64,000 bases of DNA from Candidatus Altimarinota bacterium (GCA_046314355.1 JBKBWQ010000001.1:768001-832000); one strand, 5' to 3'. Positions 1 to 10,065 are shown, numbered from the stretch's first letter. A program made the numbers and translations. The notes: generated by a model from the letters alone, not told the origin.

Positions 1-1549
1 TCATAAAGGTTGCAGTCCTAGTGGATATTTTCTCCCAAGTGGTCATCCGGTCATGAGAGTATCCTGTGGATGTATACGCACCATAGACCTCGATAGTCCA
101 ACTTCCTTCAGAGAGACCGTTGAGGCTTTGCGGATCAATGACGACATGAGTGGAGTTATTTACTAAAATCGTGCGCACAATACGATCCTGAATAAATTTC
201 AAAAGATACATATTTACATTCTGGGAAGCATCCCAGTCAAGCTTCAGACCTGTGGTAGTGTATGAAATGTCCAGATTTCCAGAGAGTCCATTGATGCTTC
301 TGACTGGCTTTGAGAAAAGATTATTTGTCACATATATGGTTTGCGCTGCACCACCGTAAGTGAGGGTATAGACACCTTCTGCAGGAAAATAAATAGTCGA
401 TTCAAATGTGCTACCCTGTATATTCAGATCATACTCCTGCTCCATTCCCTTATTATCTGAAAGTACAAAACCTCCAGCAGTACTAGCGAGATTGGCTATG
501 GTTCCACTCACTGTATAAAACTCGCCTTCTAGCATCATATTAGGCATTGGAGATGCAAGCTTAATCCCAGAGAAAGCACTCTCGGAAATATATTTTTTGT
601 TCATGCTTCCTTTTCCTACACGGTATACTTCTCCATCAAATCTGCCTGATGACATAGCAGCCATAGTAGAAAATGCCTTTGAAGAGATATCAATAATATG
701 AGAGGCCGTATACGGTCCCCTATCATTAATACGGACAATGGCGCTTTTTTCATGATTTTTATCTACTACTTGTGCATAGGTCCCAAAAGCAAGAGTACGG
801 TGAGCTGCAGTAAATGAGTCTTTATCATATGGTTCTCCTGAGGAAGTGGGTTCTCCCTGAAGATCATCTGCATAATAAGAGACACTTCCCTGTTCAAAAT
901 TCTGGAAAGCTGTCAGATTTTTTTCTTTCATATACATATAGCGGTACAGCATATCTGCAATATCACCACGAGTTACCGCCTCACCTGCCCGTATCTGGTT
1001 TTCATTATAAATATCTAACAGATTTTTATCTAAGGCAAAAAGAACATATTTTGAATACCAAAGCCCGGAATCAATCTCAAGATAAGTCTTTTGAGTAATA
1101 GTCATGCTTTTCATTACCTGTGATATTTCAAGAAGCATTTTAAGCGCTTCCACCCTATTTACATTTTGTTCAGGACGGAAAAAACCATCGGGATATCCTT
1201 TCACATAGCCATTTTTTAAGGCTTGTGAAACAAAAGGTGCATACCAAGTACTTGATGCAACATCAGGAAAAGAACTTTTCTGCGGATAAATCTGTATACC
1301 AAGACCCGTGAGAAGCATCTTTAGGGCTTCTGCTCTATTTACTTTCTTATCTGGCTGGAAGGTACCATCATCATAGCCTGTCACTACCCCTTTTTCCTTG
1401 AGGTACACTAGCGCAGACATATAAGGAGAATCCGCCTTTACATCTGAAAACGGAGAGCTAGCGGCAGACACACGACCAATAGAAAAGCATACGAAGAGAC
1501 TGATAATCACGAAGTAGATAATACTTCGATTGATGGCTTGCTGCTTCAT
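1..1549 (-). CDS. SLH-domain surface protein with RlpA-like (DPBB) lytic transglycosylase domain; 3' end runs off the window
   Basis: Manual translation from ATG at 1549: signal peptide, SLH repeats (FSDV...GVVTGYDDGTFQPDKKVNRAEALKM), then SYYADDLQGEPTSSGEPYDKDSFTAAHRTLAFGT...VRINDRGP...IIDISSKAF, the RlpA signature. Absent from the ORF track because it is truncated. Confidence 0.85.
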   Translation of the reverse strand, partial: MKQQAINRSIIYFVIISLFVCFSIGRVSAASSPFSDVKADSPYMSALVYLKEKGVVTGYDDGTFQPDKKVNRAEALKMLLTGLGIQIYPQKSSFPDVASSTWYAPFVSQALKNGYVKGYPDGFFRPEQNVNRVEALKMLLEISQVMKSMTITQKTYLEIDSGLWYSKYVLFALDKNLLDIYNENQIRAGEAVTRGDIADMLYRYMYMKEKNLTAFQNFEQGSVSYYADDLQGEPTSSGEPYDKDSFTAAHRTLAFGTYAQVVDKNHEKSAIVRINDRGPYTASHIIDISSKAFSTMAAMSSGRFDGEVYRVGKGSMNKKYISESAFSGIKLASPMPNMMLEGEFYTVSGTIANLASTAGGFVLSDNKGMEQEYDLNIQGSTFESTIYFPAEGVYTLTYGGAAQTIYVTNNLFSKPVRSINGLSGNLDISYTTTGLKLDWDASQNVNMYLLKFIQDRIVRTILVNNSTHVVIDPQSLNGLSEGSWTIEVYGAYTSTGYSHDRMTTWEKISTRTATFM

Positions 1550-1756
1550 AGAAGATAAGAGTGAGTAGAACAACTTTTCTTTAGTATAGCTCTTTTTAGT
1601 ATCCTTCTCAAGTATATGACTTTTATACTTGAGTCTGAAAGCTCAAAAAAGGTAGCTACGGCGCACGACCAGCAAAGAATATACTCAGTTACTGAATACT
1701 CACTATATTTTACATTTAGTGGTATAATATACATATACACACTTCTATCGCGCCTC

Positions 1757-1930
1757 ATGAAACATCATCACGTACTCATGACAACTACAGGATTAGTGCT
1801 GGCTATATCTCTTGCTCTCTTTGATATCTGGTATCTTACTAATCAAAGACCCCAGACTTCACAGTCAGACATCCTTAGCAACTCCTCCATACAGCAGGTC
1901 AATACTAATCTCAATGCAGCACCCGAGTAA
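1757..1930 (+). CDS. small single-TM protein (57 aa)
   Basis: ATG at 1757 follows a TGGTATAAT extended -10; one hydrophobic segment, then a Ser/Asn-rich tail. Confidence 0.5.
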   Translation: MKHHHVLMTTTGLVLAISLALFDIWYLTNQRPQTSQSDILSNSSIQQVNTNLNAAPE

Positions 1931-1932
1931 AT

Positions 1933-2943
1933 CTACCCGACAATATACTCTTGTCCATTAAAGATTTCTTTGCCGTCTACGACAATAGAAGCAACATCAA
2001 AAAATACGTCGATATGATAACGTGTCTTTTTCTTATGCAGTCCAGGTTTTGAATAGATAGAGTGTTTTGCTCCTAAAGAGACATGCAGTCCTCTCATTCT
2101 TTCAAAGGCTGTAATATCATTTACCAGTCTTGATGGTCCCATAGCAGCATTTAGTCCAAGTCCGAATTCTCGTACTAGTACTTCCTCATCTACGCGTATG
2201 AGATCAAGGATATCATAGAAATCCTTTGGTGCATCTTCTCCAGCACTCAAAATGCCGTTTTCTATTAGTACTTTAAAAGGCTTGTATGTCCGTACAATAT
2301 GATCAATACCTGCAAAAGCGCAGATCATAGCTTCTCCATTTACCTTTGAAAGATCAGATGGTTCTGTAAAAACTTCACCAATCGGAAAGGTTCCACCTAC
2401 ATTTTTCATACTTGTGTAATCGCCGATATTCAGCTTTGAAGGCTCCATTGGGGAATCATACATAAGCACAGTCCCTCCCCGGCAATGCACTTCAGTACGT
2501 GTAGAAGTATCCATTGTCTTCTTTAAAAACTGTCCGTGTCCATGATAGTATTCTGGATCATAGGAAAGTGCATTAATATATGTTTCAAACTGTTCAGGAG
2601 CAATACGTCCGAGATGTACATGCTCTATGGTCTTCATATCCTGCTTAAATATTTCAATACGAAGTCTGAATTCATTTAATCTAAAGCTCCCAGTCTGCAC
2701 AAGGATGACACTATCTTTTGCCTTGAGAGAAAAAATAGTTTTAATAACATCCTCAGGAAGTGTTGTCCCGAACTCTATAAATTGAGCATCAGGTAAAGCC
2801 TTTATATATCCATCAGCAATAATAGATGAGAGTTCTGAGTCACGGTCATATATGACTAAGACGTTTTCTCCCTCTTCTATCTTAAGAGAATATTTCAAAA
2901 TATCTGATAAATTCTTTGCGGCTTTTGCTACAAGTGCCTCCAT
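1933..2943 (-). CDS. M29-like (aminopeptidase T) metallopeptidase
   Basis: Motifs FPIGEVFTEP, REFGLGLN, ERMRGLHVSLG, YHIDV. Confidence 0.75.
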   Translation of the reverse strand: MEALVAKAAKNLSDILKYSLKIEEGENVLVIYDRDSELSSIIADGYIKALPDAQFIEFGTTLPEDVIKTIFSLKAKDSVILVQTGSFRLNEFRLRIEIFKQDMKTIEHVHLGRIAPEQFETYINALSYDPEYYHGHGQFLKKTMDTSTRTEVHCRGGTVLMYDSPMEPSKLNIGDYTSMKNVGGTFPIGEVFTEPSDLSKVNGEAMICAFAGIDHIVRTYKPFKVLIENGILSAGEDAPKDFYDILDLIRVDEEVLVREFGLGLNAAMGPSRLVNDITAFERMRGLHVSLGAKHSIYSKPGLHKKKTRYHIDVFFDVASIVVDGKEIFNGQEYIVG

Positions 2944-3025
2944 AATCTTTTTCAAAAAATAAGCAGATCTACTCTACAAAAAGAAACGAGTAATCGCAAC
3001 AGAAAGTAGCCAGCTTAAATTTGTC

Positions 3026-3760
3026 TCAAAAACTGTGAATCATACTTTCAATAGTGAAAGCATTTTTTACTGCTGCACCATTCATAGTATTATTAAAAAA
3101 TATCCATACCCGTTTTCCTGATTGAAGCCACATAGATATTTTTTCTGCATACAAAGATAATTTTTCATCTGAGTAAGAAGAGCTGTAGAGTTTTTCAACT
3201 CCATGAAATCTCAAATATATCTCATTTGAAGTACTCATTTCTTTCTGTGGGAAACGATCTCCCGCGTCTGCAATAACCCAGGATAGAGAGTATTTTTCTA
3301 ACATTTCCTGTACAGAGCAATCAAACCAAGTGGTATTTCTCGCTTCTAAAGCAAAAATCACTGCGGGATATTTTTTCCTTAAAAAAGAGAAAAAATCTTC
3401 ATACTCAGGATTATATTTTAAACTCGCAGGAAGCTGGATAAGCACTGGTCCAAGCTTCTCTTTTAAAAGAAGAAAACTATTCATCTGGGTCGCTACTTCA
3501 TTTTCTATGTTTTCAAGCCTTTTAAGATGGGTAATGCTTTTATGCATTTTCAGAGCAAATCTAAAGTTATGAGGAGTCTCCTGGTACCACTTCAGTACGG
3601 TCGAAGGTCTCGTCATATGGTAGAAGGAACTATTCACTTCTACAGTTAAAAATCGAGTGCTGTAGTACGAAAGATAGTCCTTGCTTTTCAACTCTTCAGG
3701 ATAAAATATTCCTTTCCAAGGATAGCTCCAGCCTGAGGTACCAATAAAATGATGTCCCAT
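3026..3760 (-). CDS. DUF72 family protein
   Basis: IGTSGWSY, VEVNSSFY, LIQLP, YLRFHG, FFNN motifs. Confidence 0.9.
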   Translation of the reverse strand: MGHHFIGTSGWSYPWKGIFYPEELKSKDYLSYYSTRFLTVEVNSSFYHMTRPSTVLKWYQETPHNFRFALKMHKSITHLKRLENIENEVATQMNSFLLLKEKLGPVLIQLPASLKYNPEYEDFFSFLRKKYPAVIFALEARNTTWFDCSVQEMLEKYSLSWVIADAGDRFPQKEMSTSNEIYLRFHGVEKLYSSSYSDEKLSLYAEKISMWLQSGKRVWIFFNNTMNGAAVKNAFTIESMIHSF

Positions 3761-3886
3761 AAAAGATAATAATTTTATATCTTACAGTACTCCTATTTAC
3801 CTCTCTTAAAAAATTTTTTTCAACGATTGCATTTGATACACATGTGCTTTAGGCTTACTATATACACCATCTCACCCTACTCTCCT

Positions 3887-4600
3887 ATGATCTCAGATAT
3901 CAAAAAGGACCTCTCGTTTATGATGAATCCGGAAAAAGCAGCATTTTTTCCATATTTTTTTAAAACAGGAAAAGGAGAATACGGAGAAGGAGATCAATTC
4001 CTAGGTGTCACAGTTCCTCAGCAGCGTATCATTGCTAAAAAGTATGTAAATCTCGCAAATCTCAAAGATATCGCGGCACTTCTTGAAAGTCCTATCCATG
4101 AGCATCGTCTCACTGCCCTTCTCATCCTAGTCTATAAAAATGAAAAAGCTTCCCCAGAAGAGAAAAAAGCAATCTTTGATTTCTATCTCGCTCACACAAA
4201 AGGTATCAACAACTGGGATCTTGTAGATGCATCTGCCAGATCCATCGTAGGTGATTACCTTTTATCTGCAGAGAAAAAAGATAAAACTCCAAAATTATTG
4301 ATAGATCTTTCTCATTCAAAGGATCTATGGGAGCGAAGAATTGCAATAGTTGCTACCTACGCATACATTAAAAAAGGTATAATATCTCCTACCTTTGAGA
4401 TTACTGAACTACTTATGAAAGATGCTCATGATCTGATTCATAAGGCCTGCGGCTGGATGCTGAGAGAGACAGGTAAAAAAGATATTGAAGCGTTGATTGA
4501 ATTTGTAGAGAAGCATAAAGCAGTGATGCCTAGGACTATGCTCCGGTATGCCATAGAGAGGATGGATAAGGAGACGAAGGTGGAGCTGATGAAAAGATAA
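3887..4600 (+). CDS. DNA alkylation repair enzyme (AlkD-like)
   Basis: FFKTGKGEYGEGDQFLGV, INNWDLVD, WERRIAIV, DLIHKACGWMLRE, MPRTMLRYAIE. Confidence 0.9.
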   Translation: MISDIKKDLSFMMNPEKAAFFPYFFKTGKGEYGEGDQFLGVTVPQQRIIAKKYVNLANLKDIAALLESPIHEHRLTALLILVYKNEKASPEEKKAIFDFYLAHTKGINNWDLVDASARSIVGDYLLSAEKKDKTPKLLIDLSHSKDLWERRIAIVATYAYIKKGIISPTFEITELLMKDAHDLIHKACGWMLRETGKKDIEALIEFVEKHKAVMPRTMLRYAIERMDKETKVELMKR

Positions 4601-5219
4601 AAGGACTTCCTCCCCGGAGTACGCTACGCTAGCTCCGGGGTTTCCCTCCGGGCATCATGAGCACTCAAAAACTCGTTTCCTCTGGGTACTCGTGAGCGCC
4701 CTGTTGTTCGATGTACTTTCTAACTATCTCCTCATTCAGCCCTACGGTGGATGAGAAATATCCTACACTCCAGACGCTGTTCTCTACATACATCCGCCGA
4801 ATAAACGGAAACTTCTTGATCAGCATCCTACTCGAACCACTCTTCAAGATTTGTACTACTCGACTTACCAACACATTCGGTGGAATCTCTACTTGAAGAT
4901 GAATATGATCTTCATCAACATTCGCTACATCCAAACGGAGTGTAGGGTACTTCTTAAATTCTTTGTTCAACCATGCTAAAAGTTCCTCTTTCACGTAGGG
5001 CTTCAAATACTTTCTACGGTATTTCGTACCCCACACGAGGTGGTATAAATGTTGGTACGTGCTATGGGATAGTTTTTGAATTCTCATGGGGGAATTGTAC
5101 CATACACTAGCTAGACTCCTCTAGTGTATTGCACAATCCAGGGAACATTCATCCCCGGAGTACGCTACGTCTGCTTCGCAACTCCTCCGCTAGCTCCGGG
5201 GTTTCCTGTACGTAAAAAA
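4599..5219 (-). mobile_element. IS200/IS605-family element (tnpA only), intact copy
   Basis: Y1 transposase flanked by CCCCGGAG...CTCCGGGG hairpins; extent defined by identity with the second copy at 59685-60215. Confidence 0.85.
4665..5087 (-). CDS. tnpA: IS200-type HUH/Y1 transposase
   Basis: YHLVWGTKYRR, DHIH (HUH), WSVGYF, YIEQQ (catalytic Tyr). Confidence 0.92.
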   Translation of the reverse strand: MRIQKLSHSTYQHLYHLVWGTKYRRKYLKPYVKEELLAWLNKEFKKYPTLRLDVANVDEDHIHLQVEIPPNVLVSRVVQILKSGSSRMLIKKFPFIRRMYVENSVWSVGYFSSTVGLNEEIVRKYIEQQGAHEYPEETSF

Positions 5220-5247
5220 AAGTGCTCTGAAATATTTCAGAGCACTT
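5220..5247. terminator. intrinsic terminator
   Basis: Palindrome AAGTGCTCTGAAATATTTCAGAGCACTT next to an A-tract (U-tract on minus strand). Confidence 0.7.
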
Positions 5248-5268
5248 AATACATAGAAAAGACAAAGG

Positions 5269-6114
5269 CTATATGTCGTAAGAGTGACTAATACTTTTTA
5301 AAATTTTTTGGAATTTTACCTTTATAGTGCGCACTGAGCATTTATATTCTTTAGCTAGTAACTCATCGCAGGCTTTACTGAGACCTAATCTTACACGACG
5401 TATAAAGAACTTTATATCAGTATCTCTCAATTGAGTAAAATGCAATTTAAAAAGTATTTTATTCGTCATATGTAAGAAAGCTTCAGCTTCTTTGTCAGAG
5501 AATTTTTTTAATAAACTATCTGCAAAGTGGGTTGGATTTTTCACACTAGCAATTTTATTATCTACATACTTTTTGAAACTAGCTAAGTATATATTTGGAG
5601 TAGGCAGCAAATTATCTCTTTCAGTTTCAGCATAATATCTAATGTACTCATCCATCTCCTTTATTTGAGTTTCAATCTGATAATCACTTAATCCGATAGA
5701 AGCATCTAAACTTTTTGCACAGTCTAGTGCTTGACCTTGAGATCTGGAATGGATACGAAATAAAGAATGTGCAAGTCTATCCATTGAAGTTTGCTGCGTA
5801 AGCTTTTTAAAATGAGACTTTTCCATAATTACTGATGGTCTTACACCAAATTGTTCAGCAATTATCAATTGCTCAAAAGATTCTAAGGTTGAAAACACAA
5901 TAGCTTTCATATAACTATAATCTTTTTCCAAAGGCACAGGATGTGCTATAAAAGCCCCTCCTGATTCGAATGAAAATTTGTATTTATATCCTTGAGCAGG
6001 AATACAAACGAAAGCCACCTCTCCAAATATAATGAATGCTCTTTGTCCAACATACTCCACAATTCCTTCATATTGAAAAGCAAATGTTTCAACGGACGTA
6101 TCTTTTATATCCAT
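5269..6114 (-). CDS. hypothetical protein with putative C-terminal HTH
   Basis: 281-aa ORF with AGGAGG RBS; C-terminus ELLAKEYKCSVRTIKVKFQKI resembles a sigma-4/LuxR HTH. Confidence 0.6.
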   Translation of the reverse strand: MDIKDTSVETFAFQYEGIVEYVGQRAFIIFGEVAFVCIPAQGYKYKFSFESGGAFIAHPVPLEKDYSYMKAIVFSTLESFEQLIIAEQFGVRPSVIMEKSHFKKLTQQTSMDRLAHSLFRIHSRSQGQALDCAKSLDASIGLSDYQIETQIKEMDEYIRYYAETERDNLLPTPNIYLASFKKYVDNKIASVKNPTHFADSLLKKFSDKEAEAFLHMTNKILFKLHFTQLRDTDIKFFIRRVRLGLSKACDELLAKEYKCSVRTIKVKFQKILKSISHSYDI

Positions 6115-6254
6115 AGTTCTGTCCTCCTTACAACAATAGCACGAGTTTATTCTCGCATACTATCTTTCACATATTGAAAAACACTATGCGAGAATAACAT
6201 TGCGTCCTTTCTACTTTTCAATGATCTGTTGAATAGACAGACATCACTTAAAGA

Positions 6255-6430
6255 TTCTGGAACCAGAGTTCAACTGCTTGGTTCGTAGGTACTTTATCCA
6301 CTATTTTACAAATGTAAATTATATACCAAAATATTTGAAATTATTTTAAAACAACAATCAGCAAAAGAGCATTATTTTGTTTTACTATAAATAGATTAAA
6401 AAAATTAAATTCGTCATTTATTTTTTACAA
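6255..6430 (-). promoter_or_regulatory. duplicated promoter/leader, copy 1
   Basis: Homologous to 7938-8115; TTTACA-N16-TAAAGT followed by a GAACCA/TGGTTC hairpin. Confidence 0.6.
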
Positions 6431-6769
6431 CAAAATAATATATCTCTCATTAGAACTAGACATTTTCAAAAAACCAAGAAAAGTTATAGGCGGAATAAAA
6501 GTAGTAAATGATTGAAAAGGTTTTCTTATTAACACACTAGATTTAAAATTCTACCACTTGAAATATCCTCACAAACTCCGGAGTTTCCTATAATATAAAA
6601 ATACGGAAGCGGTGAAATCAATGAATATACTGAGATATTCGATAAAGAATATTTTCGTTTATAAAAAACCTCGTAGCTATAAACTACGAGGCAACAACAG
6701 AAAAAACTACTTTGCATTCTTTATAGCTTTTGAAATAAGGGAATTAGCATATTTCAAACATCTTTATTA

Positions 6770-7882
6770 TCATAAGTCTGTACTCCTCTCATCATCATAT
6801 TCAAAATTTATTAATTTACTTTGAGTAGAATATTTTTTATACATTTCTTTACCTTCATTGAAAGCATTAGCACTGCTATAGAAAGTTTGAAAGTGCATAG
6901 AACAATTGATGGTACCAATCCCATTTTTTTCTGCAATCGCACCTATATATTCCAGCAAACTGGCAGTAAGTGCACTTTCATGGGAAGAACTGTCTTCATC
7001 TAATTTATAAAATGTATACTCTTTGTAAATCTCTTGGAATAGTTCAGTTCCATTAAGTGTGGTTAGGTCCCTTATGAGGTATTTAGAATCACTTAAATCT
7101 ACCTTTTGAAATTCAATACGCTCAACATGTTTAGCACGCATGTTTGCATCCAAATCTGGATTATAGTTCGAAAGTAACTTTTTTTGTTCATCTGATAATG
7201 CAAAATATCCTTTTTGTTCATCATCTTTTTCTTTGCTCTCTACCCTCACCGTGAGATCCCCAAAAGATGCACTCCTACTATTATTAAGATATATCTGATC
7301 CTTTTCAGATAAGAGCATATACGGTGTTTCAAATAAAAGAATGGCTGTTTTCTTCTTCTTATTTTTACATAGAACAAGATTACTACGTAAGAAGGGTACT
7401 TTGATCAAGTCATACTTTGATTGTAAATCAACAAGTTTTTTCCCTTGAAAGATCTTTTTTATCTCAAAAATAGAATAGTTCTTTTTTGAGAAGTCTTCTC
7501 CAACCTCAGTAGATTTTTCATTTATTTCAGATTTCTTATGCAAATCTTTTTGAAGTGCTTCTAGGAAAGCAAAATATGAGTTTTCTCTAATTTCCTCAGT
7601 AAATCTCAATCTTGAAAGATTAGTTTCTTCTTTAATTCTACTTTCTATCTTACCAAAAAGCTTGGATACATCTGTACGTACTTCGTATAATGATTTATTT
7701 ATCTGCTCTGAGTCATCTAAATAGATAGGATTGCGAACTTTCAGTAGTTGCGTAATCTCACTTATTTTCTTACTCATCTCCTCTAGCAGTCCGTTCACAA
7801 TTTGATCAGCAGCACTACTTTCTATTTCTTTAATGTCCTCTACTGAGTTTACTTTTGGCGTGAGATCATGATTTGATTCCAT
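6770..7882 (-). CDS. hypothetical protein (370 aa)
   Basis: Long AT-rich ORF, no recognised motif. Confidence 0.7.
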   Translation of the reverse strand: MESNHDLTPKVNSVEDIKEIESSAADQIVNGLLEEMSKKISEITQLLKVRNPIYLDDSEQINKSLYEVRTDVSKLFGKIESRIKEETNLSRLRFTEEIRENSYFAFLEALQKDLHKKSEINEKSTEVGEDFSKKNYSIFEIKKIFQGKKLVDLQSKYDLIKVPFLRSNLVLCKNKKKKTAILLFETPYMLLSEKDQIYLNNSRSASFGDLTVRVESKEKDDEQKGYFALSDEQKKLLSNYNPDLDANMRAKHVERIEFQKVDLSDSKYLIRDLTTLNGTELFQEIYKEYTFYKLDEDSSSHESALTASLLEYIGAIAEKNGIGTINCSMHFQTFYSSANAFNEGKEMYKKYSTQSKLINFEYDDERSTDL

Positions 7883-7937
7883 AAAATATGGGCAATTTGA
7901 TAAAATACTAGCTGTTGCTTATTTCTGAGACTACAAC

Positions 7938-8115
7938 GATTCTAATGAATCACTCGCAACTCCATGATTCGTAAGTACTTTAACCACTAATTTACAAAGG
8001 TAAAAAATATTGATTTAACCAATTTATAAAAATAACTTTATTTGTTAATAAAGTATTTATTTTGTTTACTATAAACGTTTTTTAGAAAATATATTTGTCA
8101 TTTATTTCTGACAAA
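7938..8115 (-). promoter_or_regulatory. duplicated promoter/leader, copy 2
   Basis: Homologous to 6255-6430; TTTACC-N16-TAAAGT followed by a GAATCA/TGATTC hairpin. Confidence 0.6.
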
Positions 8116-8172
8116 GATAAACATATGTACTAAAGAACATCTAAATAAGCATCAATTCCTCTAGCTACAATT

Positions 8173-8949
8173 TTATCCTTCTAAATCCTCCTTCGTCTTA
8201 CTCCCCTCCCAAAGCAAGTCAAACATATCCTTCATTGTCTGCGAGAAATCTCTAGAAGTCAGTACAAGTGCATAGTTCTCACCTTTTGTAGAAACAATAG
8301 CTACATGCTCATCCCAGATATAAATGATGGATTGAGGCTTTAATGTCTTCGGAAGGTAGCGAATCTCTCTCATCCAATCTTGTTCACCTTTCAAATAGAG
8401 AGGAATATCATCAAGAGCTTCATACGCAGCATAAGGCCGCAGGCTATACTGCATGATATCATTTTTAATACGAGTAGTGGTAATAAGCGAAAGGAACTCA
8501 TCATCATCCACAGTGCTTCGCAGAATAGATGGACTCTGAAGTACTCGAAACTTCTTCTCCACATTATTCGTCACGATCTCCATATGTACTTCCTTTATCC
8601 CTTCTATTCCTTCATAGAATCTTGTAACTGGTCGGAAAGTATCATTAGACTGAAAAAGAGCATTAAGAAGAGGAACTGTTTTTGCTACCTCATCCATTCT
8701 CTGACGCATAATAAAGTTTAGTCTCTCTGGACTCACAGCGCTGTAAATATAACTTTTTCCAGAACGCTTTTTCATGAGAAGTCCCATCTTTGTCAGCTTC
8801 TCAAGATTGGCATATACTGCGGTTCTCTGAAGCCGAGCCTTCTTTGCAATTGCCGTTGCTCCTCCAGTACCAATTGTTAAAGCTCCTACATATGTTTGAG
8901 ACATACTTTCGTCCAAATTCAGATAATGAAGGGCATGTGATATATCCAT
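8173..8949 (-). CDS. TrmB-family transcriptional regulator
   Basis: N-terminal wHTH (ATAIAKKARLQRTAVYANLEKL...YSAVSPE), FYEGIEGIK, C-terminal effector domain ending FDLLW. Confidence 0.85.
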   Translation of the reverse strand: MDISHALHYLNLDESMSQTYVGALTIGTGGATAIAKKARLQRTAVYANLEKLTKMGLLMKKRSGKSYIYSAVSPERLNFIMRQRMDEVAKTVPLLNALFQSNDTFRPVTRFYEGIEGIKEVHMEIVTNNVEKKFRVLQSPSILRSTVDDDEFLSLITTTRIKNDIMQYSLRPYAAYEALDDIPLYLKGEQDWMREIRYLPKTLKPQSIIYIWDEHVAIVSTKGENYALVLTSRDFSQTMKDMFDLLWEGSKTKEDLEG

Positions 8950-9146
8950 ATTGTAACTTTATAATGACAAGTAAGTATGCTCCTATGCTTTTGATTATAG
9001 ATAAATTGTAGCACACATTATATACTTATGTCATTAAAAATCATCTATACTCGTCATCTATTTCCAAAACTATATTAGCCTAAAAATTGGCAATGCTAGA
9101 CAACTATGTTATAGTACTTTATTAGTCATTATCCCTTTCCCATTTT

Positions 9147-9533
9147 ATGGCAACATCTCTTTTTATCGCAAAGGTCCTTGGTATTATGTACGTAGTCGTA
9201 GCTCTTGGGCTATTACTCAACAGAGAGTACTATCAGAAAGCACTTGGCAACATGATCAAGGATGCTGGAGCGATGTACATCAGCGGCTATATCGGAGTGA
9301 TTGTTGGTACAGTTCTTATACTCCTGCATAATACTTGGAATGCAGATTGGACTACTATTATCACAGTCTTTGCATGGATCGTATTCTTCAAGGGAGTATG
9401 GATACTTTTAGCTCCTACAAGCATGGGAACATCTAGTCAAAAGATCCTGAATAACAACAATTTATTTATGGGATCAGCAGTCATTGCTCTTATCCTTGGC
9501 GGTATTCTTACATACTGCGGATTTATGATGTAA
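9147..9533 (+). CDS. 4-TM membrane protein
   Basis: Four hydrophobic segments. Confidence 0.75.
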   Translation: MATSLFIAKVLGIMYVVVALGLLLNREYYQKALGNMIKDAGAMYISGYIGVIVGTVLILLHNTWNADWTTIITVFAWIVFFKGVWILLAPTSMGTSSQKILNNNNLFMGSAVIALILGGILTYCGFMM

Positions 9534-9605
9534 TTCCAAGAAAGATTGCATTTAAAAGACATATGTATTTCAATACCGCATATGTCTTTTTTTATAATAC
9601 CTTCC

Positions 9606-10007
9606 ATGTTCAAGAATATTCTCACTGTCCTCTTAGGGCTTGCCGTAGCATTTATCACTATGATGATTTTTGAATTTGTGAATTCTCTCTTTTTTCCATT
9701 CCCAGCCGGAATGAATATAAATGATATATCTCAAGTAAGAGCGTTTACACAGGTACTTCCATGGACTGCATATATACTTGTACTCACGGGCTGGGCAACG
9801 GGATCTCTTTTTGGCGGATATATGATGCAGAAATATAATCCTGGGAAAATAATACTTCCTGTTATTACAGGAATACTTTTAAGTATTTTAGGCGTTATCA
9901 ACTTTATCATGCTGACGCATCCTATTTGGGTAATAGTCATAGGGATACTACTCTTATTTGGAGGAGTAATAATTGGATACAGATGCTTTCACAAGAAGAA
10001 AGTTTAA
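9606..10007 (+). CDS. membrane protein
   Basis: Four hydrophobic segments; likely start ATG at 9606. Confidence 0.7.
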   Translation: MFKNILTVLLGLAVAFITMMIFEFVNSLFFPFPAGMNINDISQVRAFTQVLPWTAYILVLTGWATGSLFGGYMMQKYNPGKIILPVITGILLSILGVINFIMLTHPIWVIVIGILLLFGGVIIGYRCFHKKKV

Positions 10008-10024
10008 GACCTTAAAATAATATA

Positions 10025-10065
10025 AAAGGAGCAAAAACGCCTCATCGGCGCTCTGCTCCTTTTTC
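10025..10065. terminator. intrinsic terminator
   Basis: AAAAGGAGCA...TGCTCCTTTTT stem with T-tract. Confidence 0.6.

Noticed and set aside
6195-6235. c-di-GMP-I riboswitch (GGACGCAA)
   Set aside because: The GCAAAC/GNRA P2 architecture and P3 could not be built.
8960-9040. Inverted repeat TAATGACA..TAAGTAT as a TrmB operator
   Set aside because: Imperfect, AT-rich and widely spaced; too weak to call without comparative data.
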